Source of the DNA: Lytechinus pictus
Lineage: Eukaryota
Direction: 5' to 3'
NCBI RefSeq assembly: GCF_037042905.1
Contig: NC_087245.1
Location: forward strand, 26,724,001 to 26,788,000
Length of the DNA: 64,000 nt
The notes under the pieces were generated by a model that saw nothing but the letters and a program-made list of their open reading frames with translations, did not search any database and was not told where the DNA came from. Both the position numbers and the translations under genes were made by a program. The first letter of the stretch is position 1, and the number at the start of each line of letters is the position of its first letter. Of the stretch, positions 1 through 12,837 are shown piece by piece.

Positions 1-120
1 ATCTTTATCAATGCATTTCCTTTTCATCTTCTCCCTTAAAAAAATAATGTCATGGCGGACTTCTTCTTTACAGAATTACTCCAATTTGCCAACATTTCTT
101 GTTCTCAGTCTAGTAATAAA

Positions 121-696
121 AGGGTAACACAGGCTGAAAATAATATGATTTGAGAAGATTAAGTAAAATCAGAAAAACAAAACACTGAAAATTTCATCAA
201 AATCGGAAAATAGGTGTAACAAATTTATGACTTTTGAAATGTTCGCATCATTTCGGTGAAAGAGTTTTATCCATCAAAGTGTCTTCATGAATATGCAATG
301 AGCAGGTTGGTGATGTCATCATTTTTTTTCAAATTCTGTCCACCAAGAATGAAAAATATTGGTTTGACATCCGACTTAATGCGTAAGTTAACCATTTCCG
401 GCAACTCATTTTGTTACAATGAAAAGTTATCAAGCACATATGTATGCAGATATGAAATAATTATGATTTATTGCAATAACATAAGAAAAAAGAAAGTGGG
501 GATACGACGACATCCTCTACTTATTGAATATTCATGACGGCGTGCATATAATTGTTTCACTTAATATTACTAAACTTTAAAATTCAATGACTCCATTATT
601 TGTTATCAGATTTTGATGGAATTTTCAGCGTTTTGCTTCGTGATTATTTCTATATTCATCTAGCTATACATATTTTAAGCCCAGAGTACTTCTTTA
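121..696. mobile_element. Kolobok-like non-autonomous element; related copy at ~22190-22807
   Basis: AGGGTA...TACTTCTTTAA-type ends and shared interior (ctgaaaatttcatcaaaa, gatgtca, tttcag). Confidence 0.5.
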
Positions 697-1662
697 AGGT
701 CATCAAAGGTAATTTTTTAAACTAAGAAATTGTGCATATAATCTGAAAAAAAATTTCATTGTATGTTTTCAATTGCTGTTATCTCCCAGAATATTCGTTA
801 AAAAAGAGAAATATGGTATGACTGTTTTCGGTTGTTTTACAATCAGGGTAACCCAACTGTATCCTTTGACTAAAAAAGGTTTTGTTTTCCCTAAATGTTT
901 GTGTTGGAAACAAGTGAATTGATCATATTACAAAAATGTGAGGGATACACCTTACAGCCATCCACTAATCTTTCTTTTTTTTAATTATTATTATTTGGGT
1001 TTAATCTTTAACTTAATATTCTGTCAATTGCTAAATATTTTGGAGAGGACACTTCTGACAGACTTGGATTTGACAACATTGAAACGAGTACTGTCTGAAA
1101 CAAAAAATGAGTGGATGTAGGCATAGCAAACCTAACTCTATTAAAGATATAGAAGTGTTCATGCATATATTCTTTAAAATATTATTAGTCCAGTAATGTC
1201 TAATTACGCATAAAATATCAAATTCGGAGAGGGCAATTTTGGAGAGAACTATAGCACCCACTTTGGGGTAACAGTCACAAAATCAAAAAGTAGCTTTTTG
1301 GAAACTCAGTTGTTAAACAATGGTATTTCAAGAACCAATTCTAATTGGTCAAACAATCTCACTGTTTGCTAATAACAGAAATGTGCGGGCTCGATATCAG
1401 AGAAAGACAGAGACAGTAATTTTGACTCTAAAATGCCAGATCATTTGGTCAATTTTGAGAAGTAAACGCGTATTTCAATATTTTTTCTGTTGCAGGCTGC
1501 TCTAATAGTCACGATATATTCTGAATTTCAATACACATTTTGGATTGTACCCTGATTGAAAAACAACAGGCTTTTCTGAAGTGCATTTTGTAAATCCGGA
1601 ATACAAGCTCCTGTAGAAGTGAAATGTAGGCTAACTGCATTAAGAATTTGTTATTTTGTCTG

Positions 1663-2007
1663 GGGTCTTTTCATAAAGCTGTTCATAAGTTACGCATGAC
1701 TTTACGAACGAGTGTTGTGATAAATGATAGTCATATGCAACCCGCTTTTAATAGCACCATGGCCAGTAACAACATGTTTCAGTCGTGCGTAAAGTTGAGC
1801 GTAACTTCATGAACAGTTTTATGAAACACCACCCTGGTGGGTGTTTCATAAAACTGTTCGTAAGTTAAGAGCGACTTTAAGAACGACTGGTGAACCTTTC
1901 TTACGCGCGTAACCATCGCCAATGAATATACCATTTACCACAATAAAGGATCACCAGTCGTTCTTAAAGTCGCTCTTAACTTACGAACAGCTTTATGAAA
2001 CGGCCTC
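1663..2007. mobile_element. Two adjacent hairpin MITEs (Harbinger-like); related copy at 16111-16282
   Basis: Long inverted arms tttcataaa.ctgttc.taagtta; CTG/CCG flanks. Confidence 0.7.
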
Positions 2008-5000
2008 CCGGACCATTAAATGATCGTGTTACACCTCACTTTGGCTACTTGTATTTATTTTGTACCATTTCATCCGACCGTCTCTCATCTTCCCTTTCTC
2101 ACCCCCCTCCATTTCTATCTCTCTCTCTTCAAATGTGTTATTTTCATTGCTAAACTATGTAATTCATCATTTTCTTTTATCCTTAATCGTTTTCCTAATG
2201 TTCTCTAATTCTCCCTGCTTGTCTCTGTTAATTTCTTTTCATACTTTCAATAATTTTCTTCCTTAAATCTTCCCACTTCCTTTCCTGAAAGAATTTTTAA
2301 AGCCCCTTTAACACATCTTCTATACTCTCTTTCCACACAGCCCTGAGAAAATAGAGTGAACTTCATGAAATGTATGTATATATTAATAACACTGGTCCAA
2401 CAATCGTTTCAGCAAAAGATTTGCGCCATCTTCCGATTATCCCGAACCAAAACTTCTAATGAAAGATGCATGAAATATAAACTTTATCCATTTTCCTATT
2501 TGAAGTAATATTTATTCTTGCTTAGTAAATTCCATATATTTTCAATGAATTACACCTCTTTTAATGAACTGATGGTTATCATTCAAGAATACAAATAAAA
2601 TGTGTAAAAAAATATACCGCGCATTGTCAGAAATTATTCTTTAAACCTACAATATGTTATCAAATTAAAAATCTTGTAAAAAAAAATCATTATCGTTCTG
2701 TAAAGTTCACTCTATTAAAATAAACTAGGTGAAATATTTTTCAGTGTATTTTCCCCTGAATTGCTGCAAAGTGAATTGTTATTGAGGTATTCAATGCCTA
2801 AACATTTTACTCTTAATTTTTCTTTTGGATTATCATGGAAAAAAAACTTAGGGGCTTACTGATCAAGCTTACTTTCATTTGGGTAGATATCAAAATAACA
2901 GGAAAATGCTTATGTCGGCCACTGTGGTATTATGAACTAGCACTTTTTGAATGGTCATTATATTAAGAAAAATTTGCCATCAATTTCAATCCATTTTGCA
3001 TCAATACCAGGTAAAAAATTTGAATGGGAAGTGGTGGTGGCGGGGATAAGAATGGCTAATTGAGGATTGCACATTTACATTTTCAACATGTATTCATGAA
3101 TTACACTGATTTGTAAAAGAAATGACATTTATGATAAATTTGAAACAGTGTTATGTTGAAAATGAAATTAGGTAATTCTCAGAACAAAAAACCCTGACTT
3201 GATAGAAATAACATTTCATTCAAAAGAATACCCAATGTGATTAATGTGAATGTGCAATGCTCAAAGGGAGATTAAACCTGACAAATTGCAAGCCAAAATA
3301 TGACATTCTTGAATTAAAAGCACTCTATAAGCTAAAATTATCAAGGTTTGAATTCCACTCATTTTTAAAGTAAATTAACTACAAGATTGACACTACTTTG
3401 AAAATACTTTCATGCTTAAATACTTGGCTTATAGAGTGCAAATAGGTAATCCAAATCATGAAGTTTGAAAAAAAATGTGTTACAGTCTGTTTCACATTCA
3501 GTGACAAATATAGAAATTACACAATGATAAATTTCAGCCTTCTACATTTGGATTACCTTCGACACATCAGGGGCCGCAGAATGGATTTGAAGGGGGGGGG
3601 GGGTTGACCTGAAAGTTGGGGTCTGACCATGCCAACAACAAAAGGCAAGGGGGAGAAGTAGCCCCCCCCCCCCATTCCGCGGCCTGCACATGAGGTGTCT
3701 AATGTCATTTTTGGCTTGCAAGTAAGGTTCCGTTACATGTGTTTAGAGCAACAGTGGTGGAGCACATGTTGCTCTTGGGGGGGGGGGGGGATGTGGGTTG
3801 GAGATCATAATGGTAAAAAAAAGAGGGGGCAAGGCAAGGCAAGTCACAAATGAAAATAGGCAAAAGGAGAAATGTCACTTCTAATCCAATCAATTTATTA
3901 AAAAAAAAAGTAAAAAAAAATTGACCGGCTGCCCAGATTATTCATTAAAGTATTCAGGTTACCATAGCAACAGACCTCTTGATTAAATGGAGCAGACCCC
4001 CAAACCTCACAAAATGACCAACAGCCCGATCTGAGCCAGGGGTCTTCTTGACAAATTCACACAATACATGACATCACTACAAAGAGTCTACTTTTCAAGT
4101 GTGCAGAGCAGGGCACTGGACACTGCCAAACATGATATATACATCTTCAATGCAGGTGCTTTATTTTCAATTTCAACAATACTTTGTTTAGCCAAGAGTA
4201 GGCAAGACTGATTGGGTTCCCCCCCCCCCCCTGACATAAAAAGCTCTTCCTCTTCCCCCCATTGCCATGGCAACCAATGATTCAGTCTGTTATCCCCTAT
4301 GAGGTCTTTCTATTCATCCTTGAACAAAGCCATCACCAATTTCCTTTAATCTGACCCCTCCCTCATAACCACCTCCCCTTTTCTCCCCCTTTCTACAAGA
4401 TTACCAATTAATCCACTAATTGTGATCTCTTCCCAAACCTCCCTGTACTGTCAACATCTGCCAATCTTCCATCATTCCACATATTTACAACATTTACTTT
4501 CCATGACTGATAAGCTTTAAACCTATCAAATATATGTTTATAGTATTAGTTATTTTAGCTACAATTTTTGTCACTTTTTTTTTTTTGGGGGGGGGGGCTA
4601 GTTTGGCTTATCACTATTTTTTCATAAATCATTTAATCCATATAAATTATGTTATCTTTTAATTAATTGTTTAATCTATTCTATTATTATTTTCTTTTAC
4701 CTTAAAATGTATTTGATTTTTTTTTTTTTGGGGGGGGTGTTGGCTGATTTGGTTTATTATTACTATTTTTTATAAATCATTTATTTATTCTATATATCTT
4801 ATCTTTAAAATATTTTATCAATTTTTTTAAATTTACTTATTTACTATTTACTTATTCATTTTCATTTTTTATATATTTATTCATTAATTTATTCATTTTT
4901 ATTCATTTATTATCATTTTTTTTTTTTTGGGGGGGGGGCTTTTTCTCTTCAAATGAGCAATTGGGATACCGGTATATATCAATTTTGCAAATAAATACAC

Positions 5001-5379
5001 CCTTTTCTGTACATAATGCAAACTTTGTGTTTCAATGAACACTACATTTTGTCAACAGTGAAAACAATAATTTGTAGTATTGTTCCCCCTTGTTTTTTTT
5101 TATCTTTCTTTTTTTCCCCATGCATTCATTCACCACCATACAGATATCAAGTGTTTGTGATTGCTACTTCTCCATCACTCCACCATGAACTCTGAGAGAA
5201 AGGTACACAGCATTAAAATGATATGTGAATCTAGATAAGATTGGGACCTCAACATAGGCTTGTCCTGAGAAAGTCCACTTTATATCCCACAATATTTTAT
5301 AATCCCTGTCAACCATAACAATACAATGCATGTATCCTAGTCAAGAAACGCAATGTCAAATTCAGAAACTGCATCCAAT

Positions 5380-6190
5380 AAAAACTCATTCCAAACTGGA
5401 AGAAGGAAACCATTCCTTTAGAAAAATCTGAGACGGCACTTACTAAAGTTTCGAAAGCTCATTCAAGACTGGAAGTAGGAAAACATTTCTTTAACCAAGG
5501 GGTTACTGTGAGTTGGAAAAATCTACCATAGCTCTATGTCAAATTTCAGGGACAGCATCCAACAAAATGTCTTAAACTCATTCCAGACTGGATGTAGGAA
5601 ACCATTTCTTTAGCCAAAGGGACTGCGAGTTGGAACAACCTACTAGTGAAGCAACGCTGAATGTCAGTGACCAAACCGAATAAGATTACCAAAACTTAGT
5701 CCAGACCATGGCCCTGGGAAGAAGAGGTTTTGAAGCACCCCCAAGATTTTCCTTGGGTGTCTGTAGTATTATTCTCCATAGGCAGCACCCCCTGGCCCTG
5801 TCCACGGAGGATTATTCTATTGTTACTGGGGGTGCTGAGCATTGTCACAGCACCCCAAGTAACAATAAATAATCCTCCGTGGCCAGGTCCATGCCCCCTG
5901 GAATTCTGGTAGGTGTGAAAATTTTATTTTTATTTTTTTGCTTGTCAAATTTCTTTGGATCAAAACAATCCTTATTTTTTAGTGAAACCCCCTTTTTTTT
6001 TTGCTTGTCAAATTTACATCAGCACCCCCAGTAAAAAAGAAATTGTTCCCAGGGCCTTGGTCCAGACTGGATGTAGGAAGCTATACCTTTAGCTCAGAGG
6101 TCATTAATAGTTGGAACAATCTACCAGAAAAAGTCATCAAATTTCACTATCTTCAATCAGAAACTTTTTAAATAGTTTACTTATAGGCTA
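5380..6190 (+). mobile_element. CR1-type LINE ORF2 3'-end fragments, locally reiterated
   Basis: About 4 copies encoding RLDVGNHFFSQR..WNNLP-like motifs typical of the CR1 ORF2 C-terminus. Confidence 0.6.
5707..6059. mobile_element. MITE with 8-bp TSD (hAT/P-like)
   Basis: TIR ca(t/a)ggccctgggaa; GTCCAGAC at 5699-5706 and 6060-6067. Confidence 0.85.
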
Positions 6191-6744
6191 GATTTCCCTT
6201 TATTCCTTGCCACATGTGAGGATGCTGCCGAGGCTATTCAAGGTATGACACGCTAGCTTCATGATCACCATGGTCAAGTCTCCTATAGTTGTTCTGCTCT
6301 GACTCCTTGTGGGTGAAGGAATTAAAAGCCTCTTGCATAAATCATCACGGTCAGGACTCGCAAGTCTTGAAGAGACATCCCACTGTGGATCCTCGTAGGC
6401 CACATCACAATCCTTTATGACCAAATGGGTGAATCCCCGAGTAGAACCAAATCAGGTATGCCAATTTCCATCAGACATACATGTATCAACCCTTTTCACA
6501 CAATACCAGCTAAGGGAATGAATGCAATTTTTGATCACACAGGATATGACTTCCAATGTTTCCCGAGGAAGACTTCCAGACGTTGTCCAGACCATCCGTA
6601 TGCCACCATACATGAGTAAAACGGGGTCATAGATGCCTCATACTGCAATTTATCAGTATTTGAATGTCCAATTGATGTGCCACTTTCAAGATATCACTTG
6701 TATGCTGAAAAGAATACAATACCTCTTGGTCAGACAGTACTAAA

Positions 6745-7460
6745 CCCTAACTTACACCTGGGCTATTATGTGAGCTTAAATTCCTGTGGGGCCCGATAAT
6801 GCCCCCCAAAGATCTCGGCCATGGTTCGCGACGCAAATTTGCATGAAGGTAGAGAATGAAGTGTTCTACACAATAAATGGCACTAAATTCATCTATTTCA
6901 TTTTATACTAATCATTCATGCTAATTTATCAATAATATCATACTTTTTGCTCCAATTCAATATAGAAAGGTCCTAGAAGGTTATATTTTTGGTGAAAATA
7001 ATCTTTATATTAATCATAACAATGGTAAACAGAAAAAATCTGGTGCCAAGCTTGATTTTGTTATGTATTTTATTGTTTTTGAAATTTCTTATGAATTTTG
7101 TTGTTTTTTGTTCATTAGACAGAATTTGTCTGTGACATTTTGGCCATAAACAGCATCAAATTGAATGGCTGCTGTCAATGAAAGTAAAAATAATCACCCA
7201 TTTATAAATTTTAGCTGAAAACACATTAGGTACTGAATTTGTACATGAAATTATGTTTTAAGCAATCTTTGGTCAGACGTAATGTTGCATAATTTCTAAA
7301 CTGTGAACCCAGGTGTCACAAATTTGGTCGAAAAGTGCCACAAGACTTGAAAGTAAAGTAAGCAAACAGCGCAGTGTGGTGGATTTATCACAAAAAAAAG
7401 TTGAGGTGGTGGGGGGGGGGGGGGAAAGACCCCCCCCCCCCCCTCCCAGGTAAGTTAGGG
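6745..7460. mobile_element. piggyBac-like MITE, related to 29506-30265 in the opposite orientation
   Basis: ccctaactta..cctggg / cccaggtaagttaggg; TAAA/TTAA flanks. Confidence 0.72.
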
Positions 7461-10400
7461 TTAAGGTTATTTCCAAACACCAAATACAAGGATGTCTCAT
7501 TTACATGCAAAGGAAACAATTTCCGGAAGTTAGCAGCTCTCTTATCAAACATAGGCAACCAGTTCCTCTCTTTTGCAGACACAAATGGTTACATGGGTCA
7601 AATTTGAGAGAAAACTGTTTCTTGATCCATGCCACCAGGCCCCAAAGCCGTCTTGGCTGAAAAGCTCCATCCATGAAATTTGACAGCCGTGCAAAAGTCC
7701 CAAGAATAAATATCCACAGAAGGGTCAACTTGAAACACAACAATGCTCTTGTATAAAGGCATGCAACGTAAATGACAACTGCCGGCAAGATAGAAAATTT
7801 GACATTGCACTTCTGAAACTAAATTCCAGACTAACATGTATTGTTGTGGTTGAAGGATCATTTTGTTTAAGAATTGTGGAAAAACCATTAAAGAACACAA
7901 TCCTCATAAAAATAGGTTAAAATTTTATATCTGAATTTTAAGTAGGTACAATACTTTTTGGCAGACAAACCCATATTGAGAATCTACCTACAATCACACG
8001 ATCCTTAAAATGCAGGCCGCTAAATCTCTGCGCATTTCTGTAATTTCATGATGGATACACACCTAGCAAACGTCACAAACATGAATTTTGTGGTGAATGG
8101 GGAATAACTCAAATTAGTACGCCCAAATAGTGACATGTACAGAAAAAGGGAATAAATTCACTGCAAAATTATTCATACGGCCCTATCCCATTTCTGAAAT
8201 CAATAAGAAAGTAATGAGATTGAAATTTCTTTACGTCTTCTTAGCACACTATTGTATCAGTCATGGCAAATATCATGTTGCAACAGAGTGAAAGAAAAGA
8301 TGAATTTTACAGACCAACAGGTCTAGAGTATATAGCACAGGGAGGTTTATCAGTCCCAAAATATTTATCAAAATATCCTTCAGGAAGATTATTATCGTAG
8401 ATTTTTGAACCCTCGAGAGTAATAATATCTGGAAACCCTATTGCATTGTCTTGCATACTCTAGGCTACACAGAATATCATTAATATTACCAATAAAGCAC
8501 TTACATTAGGGATGTTGTATACCATGCACAGCAGTGTCCAGTGCCCTTCTCTGCACACTGAAAAATAGATCTCTTGGTAGTGATGTCACCTATTGTGTGA
8601 TTCTGGCAGGAAAATCCCAGCTCAAACCAGACAGCAAGCCATGTTTGTGAGGTCTAGGGCCTACCCCAGCAATCAAGAAGGTCAGCTGCTATGGTCCTCC
8701 AACTTGAATGAATTTTCTGGACTGCCGGTCTTACATTTGTTTTCAAGAAAAAAACAAAAACAAATCATTAATACAAAGCAAGTATACTGTATAGTAAAGA
8801 CAATCATACTCTATAGGGCAGGTCCAAGCTATCTGACATACAAGTACATCTAACATAAGATACGAATCAGAGGGGTGTTTCACCAATTCAAATTTTTAAG
8901 TGTGAACAACACTTACCAAAAGTTTCCCAGTTATATTAGGAAAATAACGGATCACTGTATTCAATGGATCACGCTCATAGGATGTGCTCTACTGTGAAAA
9001 AAATCAATGAGACTTTGGATCATATATCGTGTGTGCATTACCAGTAACACTTAAGCATGACATTTAGTCATTTATGTGAAACACTCCCTAGAATCGTTAT
9101 AATATGAAAGGTCATAAACTTTTCATGATTTAAAATAATCTGATAACAAAAATGCACTTTTCAAATACCAAATAATGTCAGAGTTTTTTCCTTAATTAAA
9201 AACAAACACATGACTGACATCATATATTAATGGAACTATGGATAAAACTGATGAAATCTTGATCGCAAACAATCAAAAGTTATGTATGCCACTGCTATTG
9301 CCAGATCTAGAATATACTTCATACCAAACTTCTAAAAAAAAATTTAAATAAAGACCTCTGTGACCTTGATCCTAAAATCTAATCAGATCATCCTCTATCA
9401 AATGTACATTCATAAACCAAGACTGAAGATGGTCTCTCATATAGTTAAATTATTTGAATTAGATTGTAATTAACTTTGGTGCTGACAGGCCAAAACAAAT
9501 ACCAAATACATGGTATTATGTGCATTCAAAATATCGATTTTTTTTATATTTTAAACTTTTTGAGTAGTAATTGACAAGATTTGACAAAAAATATTACTAA
9601 TATTTAAAGAAAAATAGGAATCGTACAGATGTAGGTACCATGCACAAAATACGGGGGGGGGGGGGGGGGGGGGGGGGTGTTGAAAAATTCTACGACAAGT
9701 AGATCCAGGGTAAAAAACCAGAGATAAAACTCAAGTAGGAAAAACTCTGGAAAACCTTTGGGTCCACTTTTGCAGAATAATCAACACAAAATAAGGCCTA
9801 ATAAAAAAAGTTATGTTGCCGCCCTCATCCGACCGACATTAAAAAAAAAAAAAAAAAAAAACAGGGTCGCTATTCTTTTTTTAAATTGGACCAAAATTAA
9901 ATTGAAAAGCAAAGATTTTTGTGAGAAATTGTCAGATTTGGGTGAAGGATTTTCGCAAATTTGAATTCAATGTTTGACTACATAAATAATTCAAGATTGT
10001 TTTTTTATACAGCGCAGCAGTGAAGGTACTTTAAAAGGAAAGAAAACCGACCGACGAATCCAGCTTTTGGATTTAGGGCTTATGAAGGCAACATAACAAT
10101 TTTTTCGGCCTAAACACAGAGTCATAATTCATCAAGATAAAGTTAAAAACTTAGTTAATTCTACAAATATCTCCAAGGCCTAGTCACCAAACCATCTCAA
10201 TTCTAATGAAGCATGAGCCTCACAATACTTACAAATTATTTCCAAACGTAACCCTACATAGCCTGGGCTATTTCCACATTGCATGGGGGTGGGTACTGAG
10301 ATTTGGCGATCAAGTAAAAAAGTTAAAATAGTTAATTGTACCAAAATTTCAATTAATTGATAAAAGCAGAATTTATAAATAAAGCTAAACAACTACTACA

Positions 10401-10797
10401 TTTTGGTCTGGAAACACCTTTCAGGATTGTTATCAAATGTACATTAAAAAATGGCAGTTCAAAATAAAATATGCATTTAATGTTTTTCAAAATTTCTAAT
10501 GGATTTCTTTGTCTTTGAATTTATGGCTATATAGGGTTAAGAAAAAAAGTTATACATTGTAGCTTGGACCTGCCCCTTGGGGCTATAAAAAATTATTATA
10601 AAATACATAACTAAATGGGTTCATGAGTGAATGCACAGATATGCAAGTCACATATTTGATATAAAAAATGTTTTAAATAAATTGACATGAAGTTTGAAGA
10701 GACATTTGTCTCACTCAGTGTGATTTACATGACAAATTCTCCCAAATTAAAAAGAACACCTAAAACCTAGAAAATGGACCTTGTTGGTGGATTGATA

Positions 10798-10898
10798 ATA
10801 TAAAAAAACTATTCTGATTGGGTCCCGGTAAAATATAAAAAAACTATTCTGATTGGGTCCCGGTAAAATATAAAACAACTATTCTGATTGGGTTCCGG
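10798..10898. repeat. 35-bp tandem repeat x3
   Basis: tattctgattggg at 10810, 10845, 10880. Confidence 0.9.
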
Positions 10899-11233
10899 TG
10901 CATGCAAGAATGATCTTGATTTGAATTATCAAATGATTGCAAAAATTAGTACCACAGAGAACTTACATTTAACAGAAATATTGGGGTATTTACAGGAAGT
11001 ATTAACTTTGTCCAGGATTCAAAATCAATAACTCTGCTGGTAATTCAATTATAATTGTAATCTTTAAGATTATTTAGGAATGTCTTTATAAGTGGTCAAT
11101 TAGTCATCAAATTATCTCTAATCTTGTGATAATGGTACAGGGAAGATTATGGACACAAGATGAAGAGTATGGTGCCAAATGTATCCTTTTTCTTTTATCA
11201 TACTTCACTAAAAATAACCATACACCAAACATT

Positions 11234-12837
11234 CTGTGTAGATGAAGATTCAAGAATGGTGCCATGTCCTCGTCTCTGTTATACTGTCACTCATTTAAAC
11301 TTGGTAGATGGTTAACATCAGACACTGTGCGTAGATGAAGATTCAAGAATGGTGTCATTTCCTCGTCTCTGTTATACTGTCACTCTCATTTAAACTTGGT
11401 AGATGGTTAACATCAGACACTGTGTGTAGATGAAGATCAAAGAATGGTGTCATGTCCTCGTCTCTGTTATACTGTCACTCTCATTTAAACTTGGTAGATG
11501 GTTAACATCAGACACTGTGTGTAGATGAAGATTCAAGAATGGTGCCATGTCCTCGTCTCTGTTATACTGTCACTCTCATTTAAACTTGGTAGATGGTTAA
11601 CATCAGACACTGTGCGTAGAAGAAGATTCAAGAATGGTGCCATGTCCTCGTCTCTGTTATACTGTCACTCTCATTTAAACTTGGTAGATGGTTAACATCA
11701 GACACTGTGTGTAGATGAAGATCAAAGAATGGTGTCATGTCCTTGTCTCTGGTAGACCGTCACTCTCATTTAAACTTGGTAGATGGTTAACATCAGACAC
11801 TGTGCGTAGATGAAGATTAAAGAATGGTGCCATGTCCTTTTCTCTGGTAGACCATCACTCTCATTTAAACTTGGTAGATGGTTAACATCAGACACTGTGC
11901 GTAGATGAAGATTAAAGAATGGTGCCATGTCCTCGTCTCTGGTAGACCGTCACTCTCATTTAAACTTGGTAGATGGTTAACATCAGACACTGTGCGTAGA
12001 TGAAGATTAAAGAACGGTGCCATGTCCTTGTCTCTGGTAGACCGTCACTCTCATTTAAACTTAGTAGATGGTTAACATCAGACACTGTGCGTAGAAGAAG
12101 ATTCAAGAATGGTGCCATGTCCTTGTCTCTGTTATACTGTCACTCTCATTTAAACTTGGTAGATGGTTAACATCAGACACTGTGTGTAGATGAAGATCAA
12201 AGAATGGTGTCATGTCCTTGTCTCTGGTAGACCGTCACTCTCATTTAAACTTGGTAGATGGTTAACATCAGACACTGTGCGTAGATGAAGATTAAAGAAT
12301 GGTGCCATGTCCTTGTATCTGGTAGACCATCACTCTCATTTAAACTTGGTAGATGGTTAACATCAGACACTGTGTGTAGATGAAGATTAAAGAATGGTGC
12401 CATGTCCTCGTCTCTGGTAGACCGTCACTCTCATTTAAACTTGGTAGATGGTTAACATCAGACACTGTGCGTAGATGAAGATTAAAGAACGGTGCCATGT
12501 CCTTGTCTCTGGTAGACCGTCACTCTCATTTAAACTTAGTAGATGGTTAACATCAGACACTGTGCGTAGAAGAAGATTCAAGAATGGTGCCATGTCCTCG
12601 TCTCTGTTATACTGTCAGTCTCATTTAAACTTGGTAGATTGTTAACATCAGACACTGTGCGTAGAAGAAGATTCAAGAACGGTGCCATGTCCTCGTCTCT
12701 GTTATACTGTCACTCTCATTTAAACTTGGTAGATGGTTAACATCAGACACTGTGCGTAGAAGAAGATTCAAGAACGGTGCCATGTCCTCGTCTCTGGTAG
12801 ACCGTCACTCTCATTTAAACTTGGTAGATGGTTAACA
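11234..12837. repeat. 95-bp minisatellite, ~17 copies
   Basis: gtagatgaag recurs at 11331, 11426, 11521 and onward. Confidence 0.97.

Noticed and set aside
11234..12837. CRISPR array or coding repeat
   Set aside because: Head-to-tail 95-bp units with no unique spacers; period is not a multiple of 3
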